Assembly (NCBI RefSeq): GCF_006345805.1
Contig: NC_043007.1
Location: 28,210,001 to 28,274,000 of the forward strand
Direction of reading: 5' to 3'
Source: Octopus sinensis
Taxonomy: Eukaryota
DNA: 64,000 nt
The notes under the pieces were generated by a model, which had not been told where the DNA came from, made no database searches, and worked only from the letters and a program-made list of their open reading frames with translations. The translations under genes and the position numbers were made by a program. This document shows, piece after piece, positions 1 to 13,379 of the stretch; position 1 is the first letter of the stretch; every line of letters begins with the position of its first letter.

Positions 1-585
1 TATACTAATACCGTGTAGGGCTTGTTATATTTACACAGACACACATTCTTTTATGCGTTTCAACCCAAATACGGTGGTCATGCTGGGGCATCGCAAGTAA
101 AAGTGAGATGCTTACAGCATCTACGTTTCCCAAGTGGTCACCCAGCTAAGTAATACTTAAGTTCGACGTTGCTTAACTTCGGTGATCAGACGAGAACCGG
201 TGCATTCATCGTGATATTGTTTGTGTATATGAGTGTATATATGTTTGTGTATGTGAATGTATGTATGTTTGTGTGTGAGTCTGTGTACATAATTCATGGG
301 TGGTTGTTTTGTCCAGATCCTCGCCGATCGAATAGACACGATCAAAACCAATACATCAGCAGCCATGCCTTCCGTAGCTTCTATGGACATATATGATCTA
401 ATGTGTTATTTCCTTGTTCAAAACAGTACGGTATGTCTTGAGCAATATTTGACTGCTATTTCTAGCAGATCAGGTGACTACATCAGGTTGCCTCATTGGC
501 TCGGTATACTTATATTATCTGTGCAGGAAATTCCGACCCTTGAAACAATAGCATTTATGCGTGACATGTGCAATCTTGTTGATGT

Positions 586-791
586 CCTTTTAACATTTAA
601 AACAGAGTATTCTACCTGTTTTATGTTCAAAGTGGCCATATCTGGCCCCTTATACCTACCCTACAATGTCATTCGAAAAATAAACCGCCACGTCAGCAGA
701 ATCGCGAAGCTACAAGACAATGCATAATGAATTCAAAACAATGTGAATAAATAAGCATTAGATTTGACAGAGTAATCTGAATTCCAAAGGG
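586..791. mobile_element. Second copy of the piggyBac-like MITE
   Basis: tattctacctgttttatgttcaaa and catttgacagagtaat are shared with 47722-47947 (inverted). Ends in aaaggg. Confidence 0.65.
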
Positions 792-1089
792 ATTGTTATT
801 ATTATTGACCAGGGACCGGGATTGCGCCACGGTCGCTGTGATCTTTGACGACCCTCCGTCAGCGGCAGAAATAATTGGATTAAATCTTTCTCTTGGACTG
901 CTGCGAACTGATATTTGTAGGAAAGATATGAAGGTGTTGAAGATACTTCCAGACAGGTTTGGATAAAGACGGGCTAGTGTAAGGGTTAATTGAGGGTAGG
1001 GGAAAATGGTGGATGCAAAAACGAGGATTATGAGTCGAAGTAGATTATGTGAAGTAGTGTGGTTCATCTGATAAGAAACAGGAGGAACC

Positions 1090-1380
1090 ATCCATCCACC
1101 CATGCATCCATTCATCTAATAAGCTAGACATCCAGCCAGCTAACCAGCTAGCCATCAAACCAACAAAGCAGCCAGCCGATACACCAATCAGCCAACCAAT
1201 CATCCAACCAGCCAACCATTAAAGCAATCTGCCGAGCCACCAACCAGCCAGCCAGTCATCCAGCCATCCATCCATCCATCCAGCCAGCCGATCTACCAGC
1301 CGATCCATCAGCCAGGCAGCCAGCCAGGCAGCCAGCCAGGCAGCCAGCCAGCCAGTCAGATAGCCAACAAACTGCCCAGC
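1090..1380. repeat. Degenerate (CCAG/CCAT/CCAA)n tetranucleotide repeat
   Basis: Direct reading. Confidence 0.9.
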
Positions 1381-1994
1381 TTCCTCCCGAAGAACGTAGG
1401 CCAGTAGAACAACAATGGAATAGCCAGAATGAGTAACCCGTTTGTGGGGCCAGACGGTGGGGTGTAATGATTGTCAGCTTGATTCGGGCTGCCGAATGGG
1501 AAGGGGGATAGAAACGCAAGATCTATTACAAACAATGAAAACCAAAGTGGATATTCGCTTCATTGGGAGCCGAATTCTTACTTTCCGGGTGTCTACTATA
1601 TTTGAGAATGTTTGTTTAAAATTCCAACGCTAAAAACCAAATAGTTCCGTTGGAATTTTAGAATTAAACACATAAAAAATTGAAGACCTCATCGCCTGGT
1701 TAACTTTATGATTAAAGTTTTTGCAAGTAACTTTTTTAAAATTTTTACTATATATATATATATATACCTTTTTTTAGTTTTTAAAAACTTATTATTTTTT
1801 TTGTAATGATTTTCTGCTGGTTTTAAACATTATTATAAACTAAATTAGAAAAAGAATGAAAAAAATAAATTAAAACGAATGATTTAATAATAAATATAAA
1901 AATATGTTTAAACGAAAAATGGCGTCAAAATATTTGCATTTCTGATGTTTAAAAATTACCTCCTCCTTGTCATATGATAATGTTATTGTTGTAA

Positions 1995-2176
1995 TCATCA
2001 TCATCATCATCATCATCATCACCTTCACTGTCGTTCTCTCCACTATTATCATCATTATCATCATTTTCAGTTTTTCCATCATGTTGTTGTTGTTGTTGTT
2101 GTTGTTCTTCTTCTTCTTCTTCTTCTTCTTCTTCTTCTTCTTCTTCTTCTTCTTCTTTTTTTTCTTATTATTGTTA

Positions 2177-2242
<66 letters not shown>
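1995..2242. repeat. Compound trinucleotide microsatellite (CAT)n-(GTT)n-(CTT)n-(ATT)n
   Basis: Direct reading. Confidence 0.95.
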
Positions 2243-2245
<3 letters not shown>

Positions 2246-3190
2246 CGGAGATCTAGCGGAATCATTACGGCATTGGAGAAAATGTTTAACGGCATTTCAT
2301 CTGTCTTTACGTTCTGAGTTCAAACTCCGCCGTGGTCGACTTTTGCCTTTCATCGTTTCGGGTTTGATAGAATAACTACCAGTCGAATCCTGGGTTCGAT
2401 CTAATCGACTAACACGCTTCCTTAAAATTTCAGGCGTTTCAAGTATTTTAGAAAAGATTACCATTATTATTGTTGTTGTTGTTTTTGTGGTCACCATCAT
2501 CCTCTTCATTATTACTGATATCAATCTTTTAGAGACACAGGATGCTCAGTGTGGGTCGTGGCCGGATTACAGTCGGTTAAGTCCTCCTCACTAACTGTCT
2601 GTTATCGAAATGATGAAAGCAACGTTGACTAACCTGAGATAACTCAGTTTTGAATGTAAAAAGTTGTCATCAAATAAACCATGCTATTTTTTTAATCATT
2701 AATGCGATGACAATTCTGCTAACAGAACGCTTTGGAAATAATGATTTTATCAGAAATTCTTCTTATTAACATTATTATTAGTTTCATTTCTCTGTGGTCG
2801 AGTCTGCTTTTTCATCCCTTCGGGGTCGATAAAATTAACCATAGTTGAGTACTTTGGTCGATGTAATCGACAAATCCCTCTCCCTATAATTATTGATCTT
2901 GTGCCAAAATTTGGAAGCGTAATTAATACTATTATTGTTGCCATTTAAAAAAAAAATCTTCGCTAATGCTGCGAGCTGGTAGAATCGCTAGAGCATCAAA
3001 AACCATTTCTGGCGAATTTTTTTATTCATTTATTTCCTTTTTAATACTCTTTATACTCGGCGTTCAAATCCCGCCAAGGTCAATTTCATCTTCCTCGCTT
3101 CGGAATCGATTAAAATAAATAACCAGTCTAGTACTGGGATCAATGATATCAGTTGGCTCCTCTCAAAATTACCGGCATTGTACCAGACCG
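2243..3190. mobile_element. Three degenerate SINE A copies (2243-2440 +, ~2750-2900 -, 2960-3190 +)
   Basis: ctgagttcaaactccgcc..ggtcgacttttgcctttcatc motifs. Confidence 0.75.
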
Positions 3191-3424
3191 AGGAACCATT
3201 TCACGATGGACCAAATAACTACAAGTGTTTCTTCCGAGACTCTGCCATCTCAATTCAAATGTTGCCAAAGTCAACTTTACTGTTCTTCCTTTTTGTGTCG
3301 ATAAAATAAAACACTAGTATCGGTGTAAACGACTCCTCCCATCCATTTAAAACTGATGGCCTTATGTCTAAATTGTTATCCATTTATGGTTTCTTTTCAT
3401 TATAACTTTCTTTCAGCTGCCTCA

Positions 3425-3905
3425 GTACTGGGAATCCTCCGGAGGCCAAGAGTAGCAAGGACACTTTTGTTTTGCTATGCATGCTAAAATTATCCCCACA
3501 TTTATTCCATTTTAGATGGAGAGTGATTTCCGTAGTAAATGGGCTGTACCCATCAAGGTTATCTTTCGTAGTTCACGGAGATTGGAGTCACTTAATATAC
3601 TTCTCAGCTCCCTTCTTTATCATTCCCAACGCACCAATTACTACTGGTATTATCGTAGTTCTAAGCTTCCACATATTTGTGATTTCAGTCTACAGATCTT
3701 CATTGTAAGAAAGTTTTTCGTATTCTTTTCTTGAGACATTTTGATCTTGTGGGACAGACATATCTATTAACAGACAAGTTCCTCTGTTATAGTCCTTGAC
3801 TTGATCACAATGTCTGGTCGATTGGAATAATTTGTTTGCCTGTTTGTATTGGGAAGTTCCAAAGGATGGTGACGCCTTCACCATTTACTAGATCGTCTGG
3901 ATGGT
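3425..3905 (-). mobile_element. Degenerate R4/Dong-type RLE 3' fragment
   Basis: Translation CLLIDMSVPQDQNVSRKEYEKLS....TEITNMWKLRTTIIPVVIGALGMIKKG with stops and frameshifts. (TAT)n follows at 3907. Confidence 0.85.
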
Positions 3906-4101
3906 GTATTATTATTATTATATATTATTATTATTATTATTGTTGTTGTTATTGTTGTTGTTCTTCTTCTTCTTCTTATTATTATTGTTGATGTTGTTGT
4001 TAAAAATCTCTTAAACATTTCATTACATGTAAACCCGCACACTTTATGTCTGTCTCTGTATTGTCCCTCTCATCCTTCGCCCTTGTGGCAAATAAATGAA
4101 A

Positions 4102-4167
<66 letters not shown>

Positions 4168-4172
<5 letters not shown>

Positions 4173-4400
4173 TAGTCTTAGTTTTATTACGTGTTTTCAC
4201 TGCACTACTGAGCACAGTTCTGTGTGTCAGCCTTGGGTATGGGCTGTGGTTCGTTTTGGTGTCGTCATGATGCCTGTATTGAAAGTGTTTTACGTAAGAT
4301 GTGTGCGGTACCTTGTAGGGCTATTTCCTGCATATTATATATATATACGTAAGTCCTGGTGTTTTGGTTATGCATTTGTCTGTATGTTTTTTTAAATCAT
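4168..4400. repeat. (TAA)n-associated dispersed module, copies at ~4168-4270, 7786-7880 and 9240-9330
   Basis: Shared gtgctttcac(t)gcactac(c)gagcgcagct..gtgtgccttgg motif, each copy directly adjoining a (TTA)n tract. Probably a terminal or UTR part of the R4/Dong-type elements. Confidence 0.7.
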
Positions 4401-4907
4401 GCCTGATGCACCTATATGTTATTGGGTATTATTTGAGTAATTCTAGGCGCCAGCAAAGAATGTTTGAGTAGCCTTTATTGGAGAAATTGTCTGAGTAGTT
4501 ATTAGTGAAGGATGCTTGGAGCTCAAGAAATATAAAGAATTTTTGAAAGTCCTTTGTCTGAGAGTCTGAGAATGCTGCGCTGAAGCTTTCCCGGTTCCAG
4601 CTAAATCGCACAGGTAAATCGTACGGCCCAATATACCCATCATGACTACCCGTCTGATAAGGGTACACCTGGCACATGTATCACAAATATACGTGCCTGT
4701 ACGATTTAACTAAATCGTACAGCTAAGTCGTACAGGTATGACCATGTTGGGGCCGCTAGAAACAAAACATTTTTCTGAGCTGGATGAAACTGTCCAGTAC
4801 GAGCTAGTTTGATTTTAATGTGTTGCTTATGTTCGGGTTATGCTGAAAAGCTGTTCAATACAAGAACCATGGATCCAGCTCCAGCCAAGTCTATTATGAT
4901 CAAATAC

Positions 4908-5386
4908 CTATTTCTTTACTACCCAGAAGGGGCTAAACACAGAGGGGACAAACAAGGACAGACAAACGGATTAAGTCGATTACATCGACCCCAGTGCGCA
5001 ACTGGTACTTAATTTATCGACCCCGAAAGGTTGAAAGGCAAAGTCGACCTCGGCGGAATTTGAACTCAGAACGTAACGGCAGACGAAATACGGCTAGGCA
5101 TTTCGCCCGGCATGCTAACGATTCTGCCAGCTCGCCGCCTTTTTTTTTTTACCTATTTCTTTATTACCCACGGGGGGCTAAACATAGAGGGAACAAACAA
5201 GGACGGACATAGGTATTAAGTCGATTACATCGACCCCAGTGCGTAACTGGTGCTTAATTTATCGACCCCGAAAGGATGAAAGGCAAAGTCGACCTCGGCG
5301 GAATTTGAACTCACAACGTAACGGCAGACGAAATACGGCTAAGCAATTCGCCCGGCGCGCTAACGTTTCTGCCAGCTCACCGCCTT
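4908..5386 (-). mobile_element. Two head-to-tail copies of tRNA-derived SINE family A
   Basis: The reverse complement shows box A (tggcagaatcgttag), box B (gagttcaaattcc) and the body gaggtcgactttgcctttcatcctttcggggtcgataaattaagtaccag. Confidence 0.9.
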
Positions 5387-5399
5387 TATGATCAAACAC

Positions 5400-5560
5400 C
5401 TCTCGTCCTTTGGCAAAGAAGAGTGAACAGATTTCCTCTGCATGGTTACTATGCGAAAGAAAGTTATCTGTGGATGCGAAAGAAAGATTTAAAGAAGGCT
5501 TTACATCTCAGACTAAACTCTAATCAACTTTTAATGCTATTTCCCGAGGAAGTTAAAGGC
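5400..5560 (+). mobile_element. Possible R4/Dong-type post-RT remnant
   Basis: Translation LHGYYAKESYLWMRKKDLKK resembles the LHG...SWLWL.KGDLKKE segment of this clade. Short and degenerate. Confidence 0.35.
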
Positions 5561-5764
5561 AGAGAAGAGAATCCTGCTCTTTGGTAAATTTTATAAGAGG
5601 TGGGTGGTTATCAAAATACGTGGCTGTTGTTTGACGGCAAGAACTGGGAGACGGTGCTTGCATCTGGAGTGTCAAGATGATGCGTTGTATCTGTGTAAAG
5701 ATGCTTCACATCATCCTGTGTTTGTCCGGTGGATTTTTTGTTTAGTAGTTCTATAGTTATGGCT

Positions 5765-5796
5765 GTTTGTTAGTGTTGTTGTTCTTCTTCATCTTG

Positions 5797-5827
<31 letters not shown>

Positions 5828-6880
5828 CTTGTTGTTGTTGTTCTTGTTCTTGTTCTTCTTCTTGTTCTCGTTCTTCTGTCTTCTTCTTCTTCTTTCTTCT
5901 TTTCTTTCTTCTTCTTCTTCTTCTGCTTTTCTTGTTTCTTCTTCTTGTTCTTTCTCGTTCTCTTCTTCTTCTCTTTGTTTTCTCGTTCTTCTATCTCCTC
6001 TTCTTTCTTCTTCTCTCTTCTTCTCTCCTCTCTCTTCTCCTTTCTTCTTCTCCTCTCCTCTCTGTCCTTCATGTTCTCGTTCTCTCTTGTTATTCTCTCT
6101 TCTCGTTCTCTTCTTTCTTCCTCTCTCTCTTCTGTTTCGCTTTCCTCTCTTTCTTGTCTCTCCCTCGTTTCTGTTCTTCTCTCCTGTTCTCGTTCTTCTC
6201 ATCTTCTTCTTGTTCTCGTTCTCTTTTCTTCTGTCTCTTCTTCTTCGTCTTCGTCTCGTCCTCCTCCTCCTTTCTCTCCCTTCTTCACCTTCTCTTCCTT
6301 CTTCTTCTTCTCTTCTTCTCTTCTTCTCTTCTCTTCTTCGTCTTTCTTCTCTTCTTCTTTTCTTCTCTCTGGTTCTTTCTTTCTTCTTCTCTTCTTTCTT
6401 CTTGTCGTCGTCGTCGTCGTCGTCATCCGTCTCCCTCCTCCTCCACCTCTCCCTTCTCTCTCTCTTCTTCTTCTCTTCTTCTTCGTTCGTTCTCTTCTTC
6501 TTCTTCTTCTATTCTTCCTCTTTTTCTTCTTCTTCTTCCTCTTCTTCTTTCTTGTCTAGTCTTCTTCTTCTTCATCCTCCTCGTCTCTCTCCTCCTCTCT
6601 CCTTCTTTTTTTCTTCTTCTCGTCTTCTTCTTTCTTCTTCGTCTTCTTCTTCTTCTTCTTCTCTCTTCTTCTTCGTCTTCTTCTTCTTCTTCTTCTTCTT
6701 CTTCTTCTTCTTCTTCTCTTCTTCTTCTCCTTCTTCTTTCTTCTCTTCTTCTCTTCTTCTTCTGTCTTTCTTCTTCGTCGTATTCTCCTCCTTCTCTCTT
6801 CCTCGTCTTCTCTTCTCTTTTTCTTTCTTCTTCTTCTTCGTCGTCGTCTTCTCTTCTTCTTCTTCTTCCTCTTCTTCTTT
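5765..6880. repeat. ~1.1 kb polypyrimidine low-complexity tract (CTT/CT), preceded by (GTT)n
   Basis: Direct reading. A is nearly absent on the + strand. Confidence 0.95.
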
Positions 6881-6899
6881 ATCATCCTAATTTCTCCTG

Positions 6900-7700
6900 A
6901 ATTGTCTGCTTGCAACTTAAGGACGCAACACTTTTCTCAACACATGGGCTGTTCGCAAGTATTGCTGCCAACTAAATACTTTCTATGAAATTTTGCTATT
7001 CGCAGCTCTTGATGCAAGAATATTGCTCTCTTTCAGATGGTTCCAAGTTCCCGATCACAATAAGGACCACACTCACTTTTGAGGCTCTATGGATGCCTTT
7101 CACTTCGAATGCTAGGCCTTGGCACATCTCGACTTTCTCACCCTCTGTCTTCTCAATATTCAGGTCTGCACCTCTACAATGATATCTGGCCTGTCATATT
7201 GTTACTTCTTATCTTTGCAGGTTGGCATACTCCACGTGAGTCTCACATGGTCATTCTGAAAGCCTGGAACATTCTAGCCCATACTTCTTGCACAGCTTCC
7301 AGTGTATTCGCTCTGCCATATTGTCATTGCGTTTTTTGTACTCATTTGGGGCCAGTTTTGAGGATCCACGAAAAACTATCTAACTGGTTTTTCACATACT
7401 CTACACAAAGGTAAGGTTGCTGTTTTTTCAATGCTACACTTTATTGAATTATTATAGTTGTTGTTGTTGTTGTTATTATTATTGATTTGACTCGGATTCT
7501 TTCTTATTCCTGGTAGGATTTATGTGGGTTTCCACCTGCAACCTTAGGCATCCACAATCTTTCAAGTCTTTAAGTGCTTAAGACCCTCCTGGTAATCTTT
7601 CTCGTCCCTAAGGGCCAAACTTTCTGTAAAGGCTGTACAGGATATTTTATTCCACTCTGCTTCAACGATTTATCTATATCTTTCTTTATTGTTCCCAATG
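6900..7700 (-). mobile_element. Degenerate R4/Dong-type RLE fragments
   Basis: ttgttcccaatgcaccaatt (IGALGT) at 7689-7708 next to (TTA)n, and a PDIIV-like remnant near 7180. Confidence 0.6.
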
Positions 7701-7704
7701 CACC

Positions 7705-8516
<812 letters not shown>

Positions 8517-8518
<2 letters not shown>

Positions 8519-9200
8519 CTTCGTAGCACAGTGTAGGTAAAAATGCCCCGGAGTCTTTAGTCTTCTGTCAAGTCACAACGAGGACCTCAGACACATAATA
8601 CCTTCCTTAAGATGTGCGCTGTGCCCAATAAGGCTGCGTTTTGCAAGACGGCAATTTTACATGGGATTTCCTGTTGCCTTAAGAAGTCTTGCAGTCTCAA
8701 CAGGATTGTGCCCAACGCTCCGATCACCACTGGTATCACTTTTACATTACCCTCACGCATTCCATACAGTCTTGCCATTTCCACTTTCAATTCAGAGTAC
8801 TTGGTGATTTTTTCAACCCCTTTACTCACAACATTCATGACATTTGGTATGGCTACATCAATCATCTGACAGTATTTGTCTCTCTTACTCAATATGACAA
8901 CGTCCGGCCGACGGTGTTCAACTACATGATATGTCTGAAAATCATAGTCCCAGAGTATCGTTACTTTTCCATCCTCCTGCATAACTTTACTTGGTACATG
9001 CTCATACCAGTTCTCTGTTACTTCATGTTGGTATTTACAGCATAAGAACCAATGAATATACTAACACAGACTTTATCATGGCGGCACATGTGTTCTTTTT
9101 GTGCAAGGCTCTCACATTCACTTACCAAGTGGGTCACATTTTCTACACTCTTTCCAAAGAGTCTGCATTTCTGGATGTCATAAGTTTTACAGATGTTATA
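8517..9200 (-). mobile_element. 3' end of an R4/Dong-type non-LTR retrotransposon (CCHC-like finger plus restriction-like endonuclease)
   Basis: ORF 8587-8982 has ILWDYDFQT...RRPDVVI...IDVAIP...EKITKYSELKVE...VIPVVIGALG...LLGTAHILRKVL (PD-(D/E)xK RLE). Upstream CRLFGKSVENVTHLVSEC..LAQKEH..RHD. The 3' end abuts (TAA)n at 8427-8516. Confidence 0.92.
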
Positions 9201-9739
9201 CTTCACTGAATTATTATTATTATTATTATCATTATTATTATCACGTGCTTTCAGTGCACAACCGAGCGCAGCTTCGTGTGCCTTGGAAACATGCTGTGCT
9301 GTGGCCTCGTTTAGTTTGGTGTTCTCATTTCTTTTGCATTCAACGTGTTCCACGCAGAGCGTGCACAGTGCATAGCAGAGCTATATTCATGACTGCTGGG
9401 ATTTTGCTTATGTACTTATCTTTATTTACTCATTTATTTATCTATATAATTATTTATTTATTACTCTTGTTGTTCTAATTGTAGGATGAACACCTTTCTT
9501 TAGAGATAAATCAACAGTCAAACGCTTACGTATTTGATTTCGATTTCAAGTTTGAACTCCCTCTCTTCAACTCTACTGCTTATCGCTGAGGCTTTTCTGA
9601 AAGAAATGAACTTATGACATTCCTATTTTGTTATCCCTAGAAATATCCACCGTTTCACCTGGTTATTTAGTAAATTGACTACTCCATCCGGTTTCACCCG
9701 CCCTCAGAAACATTTGTCTTCTTGTACATCAGTACTGGT

Positions 9740-10125
9740 TTCAAATATTGGCACAAGGCCAGCAACTTTCGGGTGAGATTGTAAGTCGATTAGGTCAACC
9801 CCAGTGCTCAACTGGCACTTATTTTATCGGCCCCAAAATGGTGAAAGCCGAAGTCGACCTCGGTGGAATTTGAAACTAGAACTTAAAGTCCGACAAAATG
9901 TCGCTGAACGTTTTTCCGGCATGCTAGGTACAATGTCAGAAATTTGGGGGCGAGGGCTGGTAGTTGACACCAACGACCCCATTTCTTAGCTGGTACTTTG
10001 TTTTATCAGCCCCAAAATGCTGAAAGGCAAAGTCGACCTCGGCAGAATTTGAACTCAGAACATAAAGCCGGACGAAATACCGCTAAGCATTTTGTCCGGC
10101 TAACGATTCTGCCAGCTCGTTACCT
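9740..10125 (-). mobile_element. Two head-to-tail SINE A copies
   Basis: gaaaggcaaagtcgacctcggcagaatttgaactcagaac...ctaacgattctgccagctcg. Confidence 0.85.
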
Positions 10126-10589
10126 TATTTTTTACATCATTATTGACGTCTAGAATGAACGAGGTTAAACTGACAGTAAAGACCAAAAGTGAAGCATTTA
10201 AACTACTATAATTTTTTGTTTAATACCTGTGTTCAAATTAGTCTTGACACCAATAGAATGTGTACCAGACTTAAAATAAATTCTGGGGTCAATATCTTCA
10301 ACGAAATCCTTCAAGCTGGTGCCACAGCATAGCCACAGTCCAATGGCTGAAACAAGTAGGAGATAATATATTAGATGGCCTCTTACAACAATGAAGTTGA
10401 GCCGACGATGAAGCCTGAGGTCATGTCTTGACTCGATTCCCCAGAACGATGATCAAAGCTGTTCTAGAAGGGACGTGAGGGTTTTATTTTGCTCGTTGTG
10501 TAATGAAATCTAACTTTTCCGTTGAGTTTTTAGTTTTTTTTTTATTTGGTCGGGAGGAAAGGCAGTGCGCATGTCTCTTCACAGGGAAT

Positions 10590-10865
10590 CCGAAATTAGT
10601 GGAAAAGAGGGCGGGTGGAAAGAAGGGAAGAAGGGAAAAAGCTGACGGTTTGAAGAGGGGAGGGAAGGATGAAGGATGGAGGGAAGTAGAGAAAGAAGGA
10701 AGGATAAAGGGAGGTAGGGAGAGAAGAAATGGAGGGGAGGAGTGCAGAGAGGATGGAAGGATGACGGGATGAAGAGAGGGAAGAGGAGGGTAGGCAGAGA
10801 GAAGGGGGCGAAGGAGGAGGGGAATGAGGAAGGAAAGTAGAGAGGGAGGGAAGGAAGGGGAGAGA
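10590..10865. repeat. Purine-rich (GGA/GA) low-complexity tract
   Basis: Direct reading. Confidence 0.9.
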
Positions 10866-10884
10866 GTATCTTCAAGCTAGAGAC

Positions 10885-11410
10885 TTGGCCCGAATGCTTG
10901 CAACAGAGTGCCACATGGTACCATTTGATCCCGCATGATACCACATGGTAAGGCATGTTCTCACATTGTGTCACATTGACCCGAATGCTTGCAACATAGC
11001 GAGTTCCGCTAAAGGTACCCAGGGTACCACATGACACACATGGTTCCACATGGCACCCCAAGTGTAACATGGTACCACATGGCACCCCAAGTGTAACATG
11101 GTACCACATGATGCAACATGGTGGCACAAGGTATCACATTGTGTCGAATTGACTCGAATGTTTGCAACAGAGTAAGTTCCGCTAAAGGTACCCAAGGTGC
11201 TGCATGGTCTCACATGGTGTCATGTGGTCCCACGTGGTGTCACATGGTCCCACATTTTATCACATTGTGTTACATTGGCCGGAATGCTTGAAACAGAGTG
11301 GGTTCTGCTAAAGGTACCAAGGTGTCACATGGTCCCACATTGGGGCACGGTGCCACGTGGTATCACATTGTGCCATATGACGACGCATTGTGCTACGTCT
11401 TGGGGTTAAA
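10885..11410. repeat. Degenerate nested tandem repeat: ~10-bp cacatggtac units plus four copies of an ccgaatgcttgcaacagag...ttccgctaaaggtacc module
   Basis: Module starts near 10888, 10979, 11151 and 11277. Confidence 0.85.
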
Positions 11411-12429
11411 CCGCAAGGCATTACTTTCAATGTGTTTTAATGTCCGATCGATCTACCATCCTTGATTGGTACATTTATATATCGACTCCGAAAGAATGAA
11501 AGGCAAAGTCGCCCTTGAGCAGGTTTGATCTCAGAACGTCGAGTCAGAGTATACAACGGGAGGAAATCACTCGAAACCGTAATGAATCTGGTAATTTGTC
11601 TCAAGAGTGAGTGATAAATGAGGAAGATTTAGCTGCTATCACTAGAAGATTGATTGAACAAAACGTTGGTTGGAAATCGTGTCCTCACTACAGCAGGTGA
11701 AAAGCTTTCATTCACGATACGGAAATCTTCGCAAAACGCGACTGAGGAGGTAAAACTATCCGTGAGAGAAACTAAAAATTCTTTTGCATAGCTGACACCT
11801 TATGACATTAGATATATGACATGCATGGATCTCGTTGGTGTGGATGTGTGCATATCACAGGTAATATTTACGTAAAATATTTACGTAATATTTACGTAAA
11901 ATCTAACAACAACTATTTCGCACTAAGGCATAGAAAATAAATGTATTTTACACCGAGAAAATAATGCAGGAACTTTGAACCTAGAATGGTATGAATGGGC
12001 GATTCTGTACCTAAATCACGTTTTTGTTTTATCAAATAATCAGAAAGTTATCACGGATTATAAATTGCATAGATTTTCTTTTTCCTTTAAAATTGTTGCA
12101 CTAGATTTTCGAGCGAATATTATTTGCGTGAATGAGTTGATAAAGTGAGAGGTCCTTAACTTATTGTAAAGTCACATGCGAGAGAATTTTAATGAGAGTT
12201 TGTTGGTTTGACAGAAGTTATTCTTGTCCTTATTGGTGTTTACAGCGAGAGTGAAGTCGGTTTTTTTTTGCTTCTGCAGTTTGTAAGGAGATTAAATCGA
12301 AATCTTTCGTAAGCGGTACAGGTAATGCAGTCACTTGAAATCGAAGAGAAACAATTAATAAAGGACGTACCAGGAGGAAAGGTAAAGGTAGGTAAAACAC
12401 AAGGTAAAGGTAAACGTAGGTAAAACAGA

Positions 12430-12487
12430 AGAAGAGAGAGAGAGAGAGAGGGAGAGAGTAAAAGAAAGAGAAAGACAGAGCAAGTGT

Positions 12488-12518
<31 letters not shown>

Positions 12519-12622
12519 TGCCGAAGAGAGACAAAAAAGAGCGAGAAGAGACGAGACAGAGAGAAAGGACCAGACAGAGCAGAGCAAGTGTTGAGAGAGA
12601 GAGAGAGACAGACAGACAGCGC

Positions 12623-12664
<42 letters not shown>

Positions 12665-12720
12665 AGAGAGAGACAGACCACGCGAAAGAGAGAGAGAGAC
12701 AGAGAGAGAAAGTGAGAGAC
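12430..12720. repeat. (GA)n/(GACA)n microsatellite region
   Basis: Direct reading. Confidence 0.9.
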
Positions 12721-13379
12721 ATGTAAAAACAAAAAAGACGATTGAAAACATTGTAAATAAATTAACAAAAGAAATCGTTTTAAACTCCTGCCATCGATAA
12801 AATAATTAAAACAGGTTGTTTTTGTAACCATATTAAAGCGGTGAACATTAACTGAAAGAAGGACAAGGGACATAACTCTGAGGATTAAGAGTAACATTTT
12901 TCTTAGTCCTGTACTCAAGGCCAGGGGTAAGACGTTTTAGATAATTTCGTTGACAATAACTTCGAAGCTCTTCAAGTTTTTCGCCACCGCAGTTATCAAT
13001 TAACATTCTGATTATAATTTTAGTCTCATTAGGTCTGATATTAAACGAAACTGCGAAGTCACTATCAATAAAATTATGAAAATCATATCGCAGGTGATAT
13101 GATTATATATTTTATTATAGGTATTATGTCACAAGGAGATACGTAGATTATTAGCAGATGATATATATCAACGTTTAAATTTAATTTGTGTCAAAATAAT
13201 TTGCCGCGATTGACAATATTTCGTGCACAATGAAAATATTACATTTAAATGTTGAAGTAAATCTAACGGTTTTTTGTGTTTCTAAATGGCTTATAAACAC
13301 CTTCCACGCTGCGATTGTTTTTGTTTAAGCACACGATCTCATATCAAGTCACTTGCTATGCAAGTACATTTCCATGATA

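Noticed and set aside
296-727. 143-aa plus-strand ORF
   Set aside because: No recognisable domain, and its 3' third runs through a piggyBac-like MITE (586-791).
1870-2317. Poly-N/K/I/L ORFs (also at 7574-8066, 12230-12918, 13286-13837, 15347-15716 and 21363-21626)
   Set aside because: Translations of microsatellites.
5767-6915. Poly-L/S/F and poly-E/K/R ORFs
   Set aside because: Artefacts of the polypyrimidine low-complexity tract.
10885-11410. CRISPR-like repeat-spacer array
   Set aside because: The intervening sequences are themselves repetitive and variable in length, with no cas genes.
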